Part shown: piece by piece, positions 49,559-61,179 of the stretch | Position numbering within the stretch: the stretch's first letter is position 1 | Layout of the letters: each line of letters begins with the position of its first letter | Origin: an uncultured bacterium | GTDB taxonomy: Bacteria > Acidobacteriota > Vicinamibacteria > Vicinamibacterales > UBA8438 | Reading direction: 5' to 3' | Length of the DNA: 64,000 bases | Assembly (NCBI GenBank): GCA_963934795.1 | Contig: CAWWAF010000007.1 | Coordinates: 512-64,511 of the forward strand | Notes under the pieces: model-generated | Databases searched by the model: none | Told to the model about the DNA's origin: nothing | What the model saw: only the letters and a program-made list of their open reading frames with translations | Program-made: the position numbers and the translations under genes

Positions 49559-50065
49559 ATGCGCAACGTTGTCGTAGCCATATTCTTGATTGCGGCGGCC
49601 AGCTTCCCAGCCGGGGCTCAGGAGTCCGGGGCGCCGCCGGCCATCTACAAGCCAGGGGCCGACATCATCGCCGAGTTGGACCGCGCGGCGGCCACGTCAG
49701 CCTCCGCCGGTGGGTGGTCGGTGAGCGTGTCGCCCGGGGTCTCGGTGCGCCGCCGGAGCAGCGCCGTCCCGCAGTTCGCGATCGTGCATCCGTTCAGCGT
49801 CGAGATCTACCGCATTTTGGAAGGGAGTGGGACCCTCGTGACCGGTGGTTTCCTCGAGCTCCCGCTGGCCGAATCCACCAATCCCAACCTCATCCGGACC
49901 GAACGGGGCATCCGCGATGGGTTGGCTCGACAGGTCCGAGAGGGCGACATCCTGGTGCTACAACCAGGCACACCGCACTGGTTCCGGTCGATCGACGGTG
50001 ACTCGCTGACCTATATGGAGTCCCGCATCCAGATCACCACACACCCGGTCCAGTTCCAGCCGTAA
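49559..50065 (+). CDS. Exported cupin-fold protein
   Basis: Signal peptide; EIYRILEGSGTLVTGG and GDILVLQPGTPHWF cupin motifs. Confidence 0.75.
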   Translation: MRNVVVAIFLIAAASFPAGAQESGAPPAIYKPGADIIAELDRAAATSASAGGWSVSVSPGVSVRRRSSAVPQFAIVHPFSVEIYRILEGSGTLVTGGFLELPLAESTNPNLIRTERGIRDGLARQVREGDILVLQPGTPHWFRSIDGDSLTYMESRIQITTHPVQFQP

Positions 50066-50158
50066 GGGCGGGCGCGCTAGCGACGACAGTGGTCAGAAAG
50101 CGCAGACCGGCGTTCGACAACCCATCGAACGCCATCTCCGGCTGTCCGCCACAACGTC

Positions 50159-50194
50159 AAGGGGACGACGGAGCGTGCACCCCGTCGTCCCCTT
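50159..50194. terminator. Hairpin between convergent genes, likely bidirectional terminator
   Basis: Perfect 13-bp stem aaggggacgacgg / ccgtcgtcccctt with 10-nt loop. Confidence 0.7.
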
Positions 50195-50218
50195 GCCAAG
50201 CCACGCTACACGAGTCTT

Positions 50219-51094
50219 CTACGCCAGGGCGGTGTCAAACAACGCCAGCAGCCGACTCCAAGCCCGTTCCGCCGACGCCTCGTGATACACCGCCGAATCC
50301 GGCGGGCACCAGCCGTGAATCGTCCCATCGTAGACTTCGATCTCTGCCGGGAGACTTGCGGCCGCATACGCCTCGCGCAAGGTTTCCTTCACCTCCGGGT
50401 TCCCCTCGTCGTCATTGGCCGCCACGCAGTGCAACATGTGGGCCGTGGTGTCAGGTATGAGCAGGTGGGGACTGTCCGGCGCATCTGTCGCCAATCCTCC
50501 GCCATGGAAGGTGCCGCCGGCACCCATCCGCTCGGGCACAGCAGCCACGGTGCGCATGACCATCGGGCCGCCCATGCAATAGCCAGTGGTGCCAATCTTC
50601 CGACCGGTGTCCACCGCGGACTGCTGATCCAGGAACGCCACGAACGCTCGCGCGTCGGCAAAATGGGTCTCTGGCGTCAGCGTCTGCATCAAACCGATGA
50701 CCTTCTCCCGCACCTCAGGCTGGCCGAACACCGCACCATCAGGCACCACCGGCGACCGCTCGTTGCGGTAGAACGGATTGGCCACCAGGACCGAATAGCC
50801 GGACTCGGCCAAGCGCTTGCCCATCGCCCGGAACGCGGGACGTAGTCCCAGGATGTCCGGCCAGATGATGACGCCCGGATGTTGTCCCGCCGCTGGGTGG
50901 ACGAAGTAACAGTCCGCCACGCCGTCCGGAGTCGTCACGTTGACGTCCGTCTCCGTCACCGCCTGGGCGTTGGCAACCTTGGGCAACATCATCGCCACAC
51001 CAACCGCGGCGGCCCCCTTACCAAATTCACGACGAGTCATACCTGAACGTCGCAGGTACTCGTCGACATCTGCTTGAGTATCGTTGTCACACAT
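50219..51094 (-). CDS. Dienelactone hydrolase family protein with Tat-like signal
   Basis: TRREF motif, GYCMGG nucleophile, DD acid and HGW catalytic His; RBS AGGAG. Confidence 0.9.
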   Translation of the reverse strand: MCDNDTQADVDEYLRRSGMTRREFGKGAAAVGVAMMLPKVANAQAVTETDVNVTTPDGVADCYFVHPAAGQHPGVIIWPDILGLRPAFRAMGKRLAESGYSVLVANPFYRNERSPVVPDGAVFGQPEVREKVIGLMQTLTPETHFADARAFVAFLDQQSAVDTGRKIGTTGYCMGGPMVMRTVAAVPERMGAGGTFHGGGLATDAPDSPHLLIPDTTAHMLHCVAANDDEGNPEVKETLREAYAAASLPAEIEVYDGTIHGWCPPDSAVYHEASAERAWSRLLALFDTALA

Positions 51095-51570
51095 GATGAT
51101 GTTCTCCTGGGATTAGGGGTGCGTCTCTGGCTTCGCTTTCATCAGTCCACCAGCGGTATCGTTAGAGTTCACGCCGTCGGCGGTTGGGCGTCCTGGTCGG
51201 TCCCGTGGAACCGGACGGGCGTCAACACACACCCGTCCCATGGGCTCGGCTTCCACGCCGTGGTGATCCGCGCGACACGCATGCACGCATGATACGGCGC
51301 AGACGGATGATCCGTACACAGTTTTGACTGCGCTCGAAAATCCTCGCGCGCGCAAGGTCAGCCCGCAGCGTGAAGAACCGCGCGTACCTCCGGGCGCCTC
51401 GTCCGGATTTGTTCGATATCCAGGTCCATCTGAAAGACCGTCCCCAGGGAGGAGGTTCTACGCGGTGGATGCCATGGTGTGACACGCACGACGCGACAAG
51501 CGCTCGCCCTCCCAACCAGCGACCGCCTGATATGCTAATGGCCTGACCTCAGAAAGGGACGAACCCCGAC

Positions 51571-51906
51571 ATGATCGGACTCATCATCAACGTACTCGTG
51601 ATGGCCGGGTTGCTCTACGGCTTGGCGTCGGTCCTCCCCGGAGTCCGAATCAAGTCGTTCGGCACGGCGCTAGTCGTGGCGCTGGTGTACGGCCTCCTGA
51701 ACTACTTCCTGTTCTCGCTGATCGCGTTGGTCGCGTTCATCCCGATGCTCTTGAGTTTCGGGCTGTTCGGACTGCTGATCAACGCATTCCTTCTGTGGCT
51801 GACGGACAAGCTCGTCGAGGATTTTGAGATCCCGTCGCTCTCCATGACGGCGCTGATGGCCTTGTTGCTGACGCTCGGCAAGTTCGCGCTGCGTCTACTG
51901 GTCTGA
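51571..51906 (+). CDS. Phage holin family (YvlD-like) four-TM membrane protein
   Basis: LPGVRIKSFGTALVVALVYGLLN, LLINAFLLWLTDKLVEDFEI. Confidence 0.85.
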   Translation: MIGLIINVLVMAGLLYGLASVLPGVRIKSFGTALVVALVYGLLNYFLFSLIALVAFIPMLLSFGLFGLLINAFLLWLTDKLVEDFEIPSLSMTALMALLLTLGKFALRLLV

Positions 51907-52032
51907 ACGCCATGACCGTCCGCCGGTGACAGACACTCGCGCATCCGATCGGACCAGGCCCGCCAGCGGCCCCTCACCGGCCGCCCCCGGGTCGGTCGTG
52001 ACGCGGTGTTCCTGCGCACACCCGCCGCACCA

Positions 52033-52680
52033 CTACAGCGCTCTGAAACACGCGTAGTTCTGTGCCGCCGTCGGCGAATCCAGCTCCTCCTGGAACACTT
52101 CAAGACAGTCGACCCGGGTGAAACCCGCACGACCCAGCATGGTGAGGTGGATGTCTATCTCGAACCGACCAGCCTCGTAATCCTGCACAGCACCAACCGG
52201 TTTGGTGAAATCGCCGTTGAGCAGAACACCCCGGCCGCCGAGGGCCTGCGCACAGCCGGTGTAGACAGTCTGGACGTGTACGGGGCTGCCCAGGTCGTGC
52301 AACGCCCACGTGGAGACGATGGCGTCAGGCGACAGCGTCTGGTCAGCCCACCACGAGGCGCTGACGAGATCAGCCTGTCGGTAATCAACCCGTGACACAT
52401 GATCGCAGAGCCGCTGCGCGGCGATGTCGAGCATGGCGCGAGAGAAATCGACACCGCAGTACCGAAGACGGGGCATGGCGGCGAGCAGGTGCTCGGCCAG
52501 ATAACCGGGTCCCATCCCAAGCTCCATGACCAGCCCGTCCGGCGCTACTCGGGCCTGGAGCTCGGCCAGGATGAGGTCGAAGAGCCGCAGGCGGTCGGGC
52601 GTCGGCTGAAAGCGCGCCGCCCATCCGGACGCATAGGCAGCGTCGTGAAATTCATGATCCGCGCCAATGACCTTCGCCAT
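52033..52680 (-). CDS. Class I SAM-dependent methyltransferase
   Basis: MELGMGPG, VDFSRAML, STWALHD, LLNGDF; RBS GGAGG. Confidence 0.88.
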   Translation of the reverse strand: MAKVIGADHEFHDAAYASGWAARFQPTPDRLRLFDLILAELQARVAPDGLVMELGMGPGYLAEHLLAAMPRLRYCGVDFSRAMLDIAAQRLCDHVSRVDYRQADLVSASWWADQTLSPDAIVSTWALHDLGSPVHVQTVYTGCAQALGGRGVLLNGDFTKPVGAVQDYEAGRFEIDIHLTMLGRAGFTRVDCLEVFQEELDSPTAAQNYACFRAL

Positions 52681-52741
52681 CCGCTCCTCCTTGTGCCGGA
52701 CGCGTCGCTAGCCACCCGAAATGAGGAAGTCGGACCTTAGG

Positions 52742-53902
52742 CTACCGTGCGGTGATCGGTTCCAACCGCACAACCGGGGTCGGCGCGCCGCCGCGGTCCT
52801 CGATCGCCAAGTAGAGGTACCCATCCGGTCCCTCTCGGACATCGCGCACCCGGCCAATCCCATAAGCTAGCGTTTCCTCCCGCTCGAAACGCCGTGGCTG
52901 GTCTACGCTCGGTGTCAGCCGGGCCAGCTGCTGTCCGGACAACCCGCCAACGAAGACGCTGCCCTTCCACTCAGGGAAACGGTCGCCCGAGTAGATCACC
53001 AATCCCGAGGTCGCGATCGACGGCACCCAGAAGTGCGTCGGCGGCTCGATGTCGTCGCGCAATGTGCCGCCGTGAATGGCAGACCCGGACCCGTAGTTCA
53101 CGCCGTAGCCGACGACGGGCCAGCCGTAGTTCAGCCCCGGCTGCACAAGGTTGAGTTCGTCGCCACCTTGAGGCCCATGTTCATTAATCCAGACATCGCC
53201 GGTGTCCGGATGGATAGCAAGACCCTGCGGATTACGATGGCCGTAACTCCAGATCTCGGGGAGGGCTCCCTCCTGCCCCACGAACGGATTGTCGGCAGGT
53301 ACCTGCCCGTCATCGTGCAACCGGATCATGACGCCGTGATGGTTCGACAGATCCTGCGCGGGATGCGCCGAGAGGTCCCCCGTGGAGGGCACCATCCGCT
53401 CGCCCACCGAGAGAAAGAGGAAGCCATCTCGATCCCACGCCAGCCGCCCGCCATAGTGTCCTCTGCCCGCTGTCTTTGCTTCGAACACCTCTTCGATGTC
53501 GGTCAGTTGGTCGTTCTCGAACCGTCCGCGTATGACCGCCGTGGTCGAGCCGTCCCCCTGTGGGCGCGCGTAACTCAGGTACAGGAGTCGATTCGAGGCG
53601 AAGTCCGTGTGTGGCAGCACGTCAAACAACCCACCCTGGCCCTCTGCGAAGACAGCCGGCACGCCTTGCACCGGATCGGGCAGCAGCCGTCCGTCCCGCA
53701 CAATGCGCAGACGGCCAGGCCGTTCGCCGATCAGCATGTCTCCATCGGGCAGCCAGGCCATGGACCAGGGATTGACCAGGCCCTCAGCCACGGTCGTCAC
53801 ACGATAATCGTGCAGGGCCGACCTGAAAACCTCTTGGGCTGCTGTCGGCTCTCCGGCCAACAGTACGATGCCGACCGCCGCCGCCGCGGTTACTCGAATC
53901 AT
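52742..53902 (-). CDS. Soluble PQQ-dependent aldose sugar dehydrogenase (YliI/GSDH family)
   Basis: PWSMAWLPDG, QGGLFDV, SYGHRNPQG, EHGPQGGDELN, NYGWP, RVRDV. Confidence 0.92.
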   Translation of the reverse strand: MIRVTAAAAVGIVLLAGEPTAAQEVFRSALHDYRVTTVAEGLVNPWSMAWLPDGDMLIGERPGRLRIVRDGRLLPDPVQGVPAVFAEGQGGLFDVLPHTDFASNRLLYLSYARPQGDGSTTAVIRGRFENDQLTDIEEVFEAKTAGRGHYGGRLAWDRDGFLFLSVGERMVPSTGDLSAHPAQDLSNHHGVMIRLHDDGQVPADNPFVGQEGALPEIWSYGHRNPQGLAIHPDTGDVWINEHGPQGGDELNLVQPGLNYGWPVVGYGVNYGSGSAIHGGTLRDDIEPPTHFWVPSIATSGLVIYSGDRFPEWKGSVFVGGLSGQQLARLTPSVDQPRRFEREETLAYGIGRVRDVREGPDGYLYLAIEDRGGAPTPVVRLEPITAR

Positions 53903-54028
53903 GCTCTTCCTCTCCTGCTGCCGGACGTGCGATGCAGTCCGGAGACCGACGGGGCGCGCCGACAGAGCCGCGCCCGCCTCATACGTTTCAGTATCGCACG
54001 CGTTCGTCGCACCAGCCTCCCGAGGCCG

Positions 54029-56020
54029 TCAGGGCAGTGCGAGCGCGATGAGTTCAGGCACAACGCCACCGACGGTCAGCGCAACATACTGCGTGCCCTC
54101 GTGCATATAGGTCATCGGTGTACCGATCGCACCCGCCGGGAGATCCACCGACCCGACGATGACCCCGGTCGTCTTGTCTCGCGCGACAAGGCGCGGACCG
54201 CCGTCCGCGCCACCGGCCGTGAGCGCACTGATCAGCAGCGTCTTGGTCAGGACCGGGCCACCCCGCCCTTCCCCGCCGAGGGGCGGAAGGTTCAGCCCCC
54301 GCAGCATCGGGTGCCGACGGTAGCGGTCGCCGTCGCCGTTAGGCTGCATCCAGGCGTGATCCCCGGTGTTCAGGTCGATGGCGGTCATTCGCGAGTACGG
54401 CGGTTTGAAGAGAGGAAGCCCCTGCGGCATCAGCGGCGCGGTGTCGAAACCGCCTTGCGTCAGATTTAGATTGCCTCCGTCCGCCGGGTCGGGTGTGTAG
54501 TAGTGCATCACCGAGAAGGCGTTCTCCGATGGGATATAGAGCAACCCGGTCTCCGGATCGACGGCCGACCCGTTCCAGTTTGCCCCGCCGGCAATCGCCG
54601 GGCGCTGGATGGTGCCCTGGAGGCCGTTCTCCTCAGACAGCATCGGCGGCGTGAACAGTCCGCCGAGCCGATGGTTCCGCACCGCCTCCACCGCCAAGGC
54701 CCGAATCTCGGGTGTGAAGTCAACAAGCTGGTCTATCGAGGCCCCTTGGTCTTCGAACGGGAGCGGTTTGGTGGGGAACGGCTGGGTTGGCGACAAGACG
54801 TCGCCGTCTAGATCCGTGTCGGTCTCGACACTCCGCTCCTCGATCGGCCACACCGGGTCACCCGTTGTCCGGTCGAAGACATACGTGAACCCCTGTTTGC
54901 TGATTTGCGCGATGGCCTGGATGTCGCGCCCATCGACCGTCACGTCGAGCAGATTCGGGTGCGTCGGGAAGTCATAGTCCCACACCCCGTGGTGCACGGC
55001 CTGGAAGTGCCACATACGCTGACCCGTCTCGATGTCGAGCGCGATCAGGGTCTCGGCGAACAGGTTGTCACCCAGTCGGTGACCGCCGTAGTAGTCGCTG
55101 GTCGCGGTACCGGTCGGCACGTAGATGTAGCCCAGCGCGTCGTCGACCGCGAACGTGGCCCAGGCGTTGGTATTCCCCGAATAGCGCCACGATTCGTTCT
55201 GCCAACTCTCAGCCCCAAAATCGTCCGCTTGGGGCACCGTACGAAACGTCCACTTCGTGTCGCCGGTCCGGGCGTCGATGCCCTTGATCCACCCCGGCGG
55301 CGCTTCCTTCGTGATGGCAATGTCGGAGATGACCGTCGGGGTCACGACAACATCGTGGGCGACGATGGGCGCTGACGCGACGCCGAGCCAGCTATGGCCG
55401 AGCTGGTCGGTGGTACTCCGAGGCGCACGTGGAATGCCCTCCGCGAGATCGACCCGGCCGTTGTCGCCAAAGCTGCGGACCGGTTGCCCGGTGCGCGCAT
55501 CGACGGCCAGGAGATAGCCGTCATTCGTACCGTAGAAGATGCGCGCATCGCGCCCATCGTCCTCGGCCCAGTAGGCCAGCCCGCGTCTGTTGTAGCTCAG
55601 CACACTGGCATGAGGGTAGGGAGCCGCACGATACGCCTCTGGGTCATACTGCCAGCGGACCTCACCCGTGCCGGCATCGAGCGCCGCCGACAAGGCGAGC
55701 GGAGTCGAGACATACACGACGCCGTCGATCATCAGCGGCGTGGTCTTGAAGTTACGGATCCCGATCTCAGGGTGCAGCTCGCGCAGGGCATCCAGATCGA
55801 GCGCCCCGTCGGCCGACGTCCATCGCCAGGCTATCTCAAGCGTCGAAAAATTCGTCCCATCGATCTGATCGAGCGGAGAGTACTTGGTACCACCGAGGTC
55901 ACCGGCGTAGGTGCGCCACTCGCCATTGGTCGCGCCGTATTGGGCCAGCGCCAAGCTCGGGCACAGTGCGATAGACAACGCCACCGGGCCCAGGACAGAG
56001 CCGAACAATCGACGTAGCAT
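54029..56020 (-). CDS. Exported PQQ-dependent dehydrogenase (quinoprotein glucose dehydrogenase-like)
   Basis: EWRTYAG, KYSPLDQI, KTTPLMIDG, HHGVWDYDFP, PPYSRMTAIDL, TPMTY; alternative start 56044. Confidence 0.88.
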   Translation of the reverse strand: MLRRLFGSVLGPVALSIALCPSLALAQYGATNGEWRTYAGDLGGTKYSPLDQIDGTNFSTLEIAWRWTSADGALDLDALRELHPEIGIRNFKTTPLMIDGVVYVSTPLALSAALDAGTGEVRWQYDPEAYRAAPYPHASVLSYNRRGLAYWAEDDGRDARIFYGTNDGYLLAVDARTGQPVRSFGDNGRVDLAEGIPRAPRSTTDQLGHSWLGVASAPIVAHDVVVTPTVISDIAITKEAPPGWIKGIDARTGDTKWTFRTVPQADDFGAESWQNESWRYSGNTNAWATFAVDDALGYIYVPTGTATSDYYGGHRLGDNLFAETLIALDIETGQRMWHFQAVHHGVWDYDFPTHPNLLDVTVDGRDIQAIAQISKQGFTYVFDRTTGDPVWPIEERSVETDTDLDGDVLSPTQPFPTKPLPFEDQGASIDQLVDFTPEIRALAVEAVRNHRLGGLFTPPMLSEENGLQGTIQRPAIAGGANWNGSAVDPETGLLYIPSENAFSVMHYYTPDPADGGNLNLTQGGFDTAPLMPQGLPLFKPPYSRMTAIDLNTGDHAWMQPNGDGDRYRRHPMLRGLNLPPLGGEGRGGPVLTKTLLISALTAGGADGGPRLVARDKTTGVIVGSVDLPAGAIGTPMTYMHEGTQYVALTVGGVVPELIALALP

Positions 56021-56145
56021 ACGCACCCCCCTGTGGTCGGTCATGGAACGATTGGACTCCGAGTATAGCCGCACCTGACCCACGACAACTCGGCTCGCCA
56101 CGCACCCTACGAGACATCAACGGGGCCCTGAATTAGTATCGGTCA

Positions 56146-56262
56146 GTGAATGTTCGCCCGGCGATTCTGGTCGATCTCGATCCGGGCTGGCCGCGAGCAC
56201 CCCTCCGCGAGATCGCGTCAGCACGCTCCCGCGACGCCGGTTCGACCGATAGATCTCTTTAA
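56146..56262 (+). other. Candidate leaderless leader peptide upstream of leuA
   Basis: TAGTAT -10-like box 6 nt before GTG; VNVRPAILVDL... has 6 branched-chain codons in the first 11; stops 40 nt before leuA. Confidence 0.3.
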
Positions 56263-57993
<1,731 letters not shown>

Positions 57994-58061
57994 CCAGGTT
58001 GGCCGGTGGACGTGCAGAGCCACTGCGCCTGCCCCGTTTCCCGGGGTGATAGCATCCCGCC

Positions 58062-59627
58062 GTGGCCGAGAACGAGCCCTCGGGCCGGCACGATGCGACG
58101 CGGCCAGGCGAGACCCCGCGGCGGGAACCGAGCCCACCGATCGGCCGACGCCTGATCGGGGCGATGCTGCGCGAGCGCGTGGCGGTGCTGTATGTCGCCG
58201 CCATCCTCATCATCGTCCGCACCGCGGTTTTCCTGTTCTTCGAAGGCTCCTTCAATTCCGACTAGGCCGTCACCGGGCTCATGACCACCCACCTCATCGA
58301 GAGGCGGGCCTTCCCGGTGTTCAAATATGGCCAGGACTATCAGCTGGCGGTCCAAGTGTGGATGGCCGCTCCTTTGTTCATGTTGTTCGGCCCGTCCGAG
58401 TTCCTGCTCCGACTGCCGCTCTTGGTCCAGCTGTTGCAGCGTGAGCTGCGTCTGCGCCCGTGGATGGCGCTTCTTGTCGCCACCCCGTTTCTGCTAGCGC
58501 CGCCCGGCACGTCGATGCAACTCATCGAGCCTAGCGGGGGCAACGTCGAACCGTTGCTCATGGTCCCACTCCTCTGGCTACTGCGACTGCATCCGCTGAC
58601 TTTCGGGGCGGTGCTGGCGGTGGGCTTCCTGCAGCGCGTCTTCGCGGTCTACGCCCTGGGTGCATTGCTACTCGTCGAACTGGCAGACGGCTCACTGTTC
58701 TCACGCGCCACCGCGACGCGGTATCTGCGCTCGGCGTTCGCGTTTGCCGCAGTCTGGCAGACCATCGGGCTCGTCCGCGCGGCGGCCGGGAGCGACTTCG
58801 GCCCATCAACTCCGGTCTTCACGTCCGCCGCCTCCTCGTCAAATGTGAATGAAGCGTTGGGACGTTTCTGTTGGGACCCGGGGGGACTCCCTCACCGGAT
58901 TGGCCAGCTCTTTGGCGACCATCTGGCCACGATGTTCGGTGGACGCCGCGTGCAGCTCTCGGGTCTGGGTGTGCCGAGTGCTAGCGAACAGGGTATCGAC
59001 GGGCTGTGGCTGCTGGTCGGGGGCGTCTTGCTGTGTGCGGTGGCGCGACTCCTCTGGAGGACGGCGCGGGGCCAGATACGCCCCTGGCACGGGCGACCGC
59101 AGTTCGCCCTGTATCTGTTCTTGACCGGCGTACTGACGGTCGGCGCGCTGCTGACCTCACGCTGCGGATCGCTCGACGTCCACACCCTGCGATACACCCT
59201 GCACACCCTGCTGGCCGTGATCGGACTCGTAGCCGCCTTTTTGGCCACCGAGCCGTCGCAGGGCGCTAGACGGCTGGTCGTGTCCGTGCTGGCGGTCTGG
59301 GCCCTCGCGGCGGTGTGGGGACACGGTCGTCTGCTAGCGGAGTTCGCGCGTGACCCACCGCAGGACCACAATCGGGCCCTGGCGCAGTATCTCGTTGACC
59401 ACGACATCCGGTACGGGTTTGCCGACTATTGGGACGCGTACAGCACCGTCTTCTGGGCCGATGAACAGGTAATTTTGACCTCGACGACGGTGGTGTTCAT
59501 CACGGAATACGAACGGCTGGCCCTCGAACACCTGGATGAAGCCGTCTGGATCTATCGGGAACCGTGCGACGGAGGCACGCGCGTCACCGAGATTCACTAC
59601 ATGTGCGGTCCGAAAGCACAAGAGTGA
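58062..59627 (+). pseudogene. Polytopic membrane protein, GT-C (ArnT/PMT-like) glycosyltransferase type, interrupted by TAG at 58263-58265
   Basis: ORFs 58062-58265 and 58281-59627 are in frame (FNSD*AVTGLM...YGQDY); about 11 TM segments plus a YGFADYW soluble tail. Confidence 0.7.
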
Positions 59628-59754
59628 TGGAGCGTCCGTCTCCGCAACGCAACTGATTCGGCGAAGCGCCGCGGGCCTGGGGCCGCATCGACACTCGCCG
59701 TAGCCAGACAGACCAGGGGTATTGTCAGCGACCGCTTCGGCCGAAAGGCTGGGC

Positions 59755-59982
59755 ATGACCCGACGACCGGAAGAACACGCGGACGTGGTGTGCCAACAAG
59801 TGCGCCAGGCGGGACGGGACACCTGGACGATTCGCCTGGGAAGCGACACGCACGGGGACCGACACTCTCTGGCCGAGGCCATCACGCTAGCGCGCGATGT
59901 CGCAGTCGCACACAGCCGACCGGCCTGGTTGCTGGACGAGACGGGGTATCCCCTGAAGCCCATGCTCCCGTGGGCACTGTAG
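59755..59982 (+). CDS. Small hypothetical protein (DUF2188-like pattern)
   Basis: WTIRLGSD...AEAITLARDVA...AWLLDETG. Confidence 0.45.
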   Translation: MTRRPEEHADVVCQQVRQAGRDTWTIRLGSDTHGDRHSLAEAITLARDVAVAHSRPAWLLDETGYPLKPMLPWAL

Positions 59983-60000
59983 GGTCCGCGTATCGACAGC

Positions 60001-61047
60001 CTACCGCCCGGCTTCGTCCAGGTGCCGCTCGTTTCTCAGGGCGTGCTCGATGGAGTAGTTACCTTCATGGCAGGCGAACTCATAGATGGCACCGGTGCCA
60101 GGGGCCGGACGCATGAACATGCGCGCGGTCCACGGCTGACCCCAGGTAGCCGGATCGTCCAGCGTGTACTCGTACTGCAGCATCTCCGGACCGACCCGGG
60201 TGAAGCGCTCGGTGATGCGCACATCGCGAGACGAGCCGCTGGTCCCCTGACTCAGGTTGGCGGTCTCGACCACCAGCGTGTCGTCCTCCCAGTGCCCGTA
60301 CGAGCTGCCGAGCGCGGTCTGGGGGCCTGGCCGCGGGGCGGTACCGCCGACCGGAATCAGACGCGTGTCGTGATGCATCTCGATCTGGATGGCCACGTGG
60401 GTCGCGCCCTGGAAAATCTGGTAGTTACTGTTGTAGCCCCGTCCGCTTAGGAGCGGGGCCCCACCCCGGCACCGAATCGCCGGATCCACGCTGGCGACCT
60501 CCTGCCCCAACGTCAGGCGACCATCAGGTCCCGGTTCGTTCCGGGCGGTGCGTTGCCGTGTCGCCCGAGCCTCAGCCTCGGCCGTCCGTGCTGGCAACCG
60601 CCCGTTGGGTGGATCCACAATCAGCGAGGTTCGGTTGTCGAACCAGCGGTCGATCATCCAAAACTGGTTGTAGCTCCGCGTCGACGGTCGCGCAGCGGCG
60701 CCACCGGTCTCCGCGGCCGGCGGTTCCAGAGAGGTCAGCGCCCGCAGAAACGGCGTATCCCCGAACACCGCGTCTCCCCCCGCGCGGTCGTACTCGACCG
60801 TGTAGGCCTGCATCGCCGCTACTTCTTCATCGGTCAGCGTCCCACGGTCACCGAGCGCCTCGGGCCGCTGAAACGGTGTGGCCGAGTCGTTCGCCCAGAT
60901 GCCTTGTAGATCCGGATGCCCATCCGCCGTTCTGGGCACGATCCACCCGTCCGGCGCTTCCCCACCCGGCGCTTGCCCAGCGAACGCGGGCACCACCACG
61001 AGGGACGCCGCCAGTGCCATCGTCACGACGATGCCTTGTCTGTCCAT
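60001..61047 (-). CDS. Exported conserved hypothetical protein; paralogue of 43974-44981
   Basis: RTADGHPDLQGIW, RTSLIVDPPNG, GHWEDDTLVVET, EFACHEGNY; RBS GGAGGAG. Confidence 0.75.
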   Translation of the reverse strand: MDRQGIVVTMALAASLVVVPAFAGQAPGGEAPDGWIVPRTADGHPDLQGIWANDSATPFQRPEALGDRGTLTDEEVAAMQAYTVEYDRAGGDAVFGDTPFLRALTSLEPPAAETGGAAARPSTRSYNQFWMIDRWFDNRTSLIVDPPNGRLPARTAEAEARATRQRTARNEPGPDGRLTLGQEVASVDPAIRCRGGAPLLSGRGYNSNYQIFQGATHVAIQIEMHHDTRLIPVGGTAPRPGPQTALGSSYGHWEDDTLVVETANLSQGTSGSSRDVRITERFTRVGPEMLQYEYTLDDPATWGQPWTARMFMRPAPGTGAIYEFACHEGNYSIEHALRNERHLDEAGR

Positions 61048-61179
61048 CTACTCCTCCGATTCCGCGCTACACGATGAATTCGATGCTCGATACTGGAGAC
61101 AATACGACCAGGAGACAGGTCACGCAACCCGTATCATCGACGCGTCCGACAGAATCCAGCCAACGCCGGGGAACGTGCA

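Noticed and set aside
51571-51906. Prophage inferred from the holin
   Set aside because: No integrase, endolysin, terminase or structural genes in the window
525-55375. Long antisense or alternate-frame ORFs (e.g. 525-1352, 3527-5182, 12156-13688, 23211-24392, 32408-33343, 36890-37987, 53033-54469)
   Set aside because: Shadow ORFs of well-supported genes, expected at high GC; no motifs
59628-59754. Riboswitch candidate (cTTCGg and gccGAAAggc tetraloop-like motifs)
   Set aside because: The two mini-hairpins overlap and I cannot match any known aptamer consensus; an Rfam/Infernal scan would settle it
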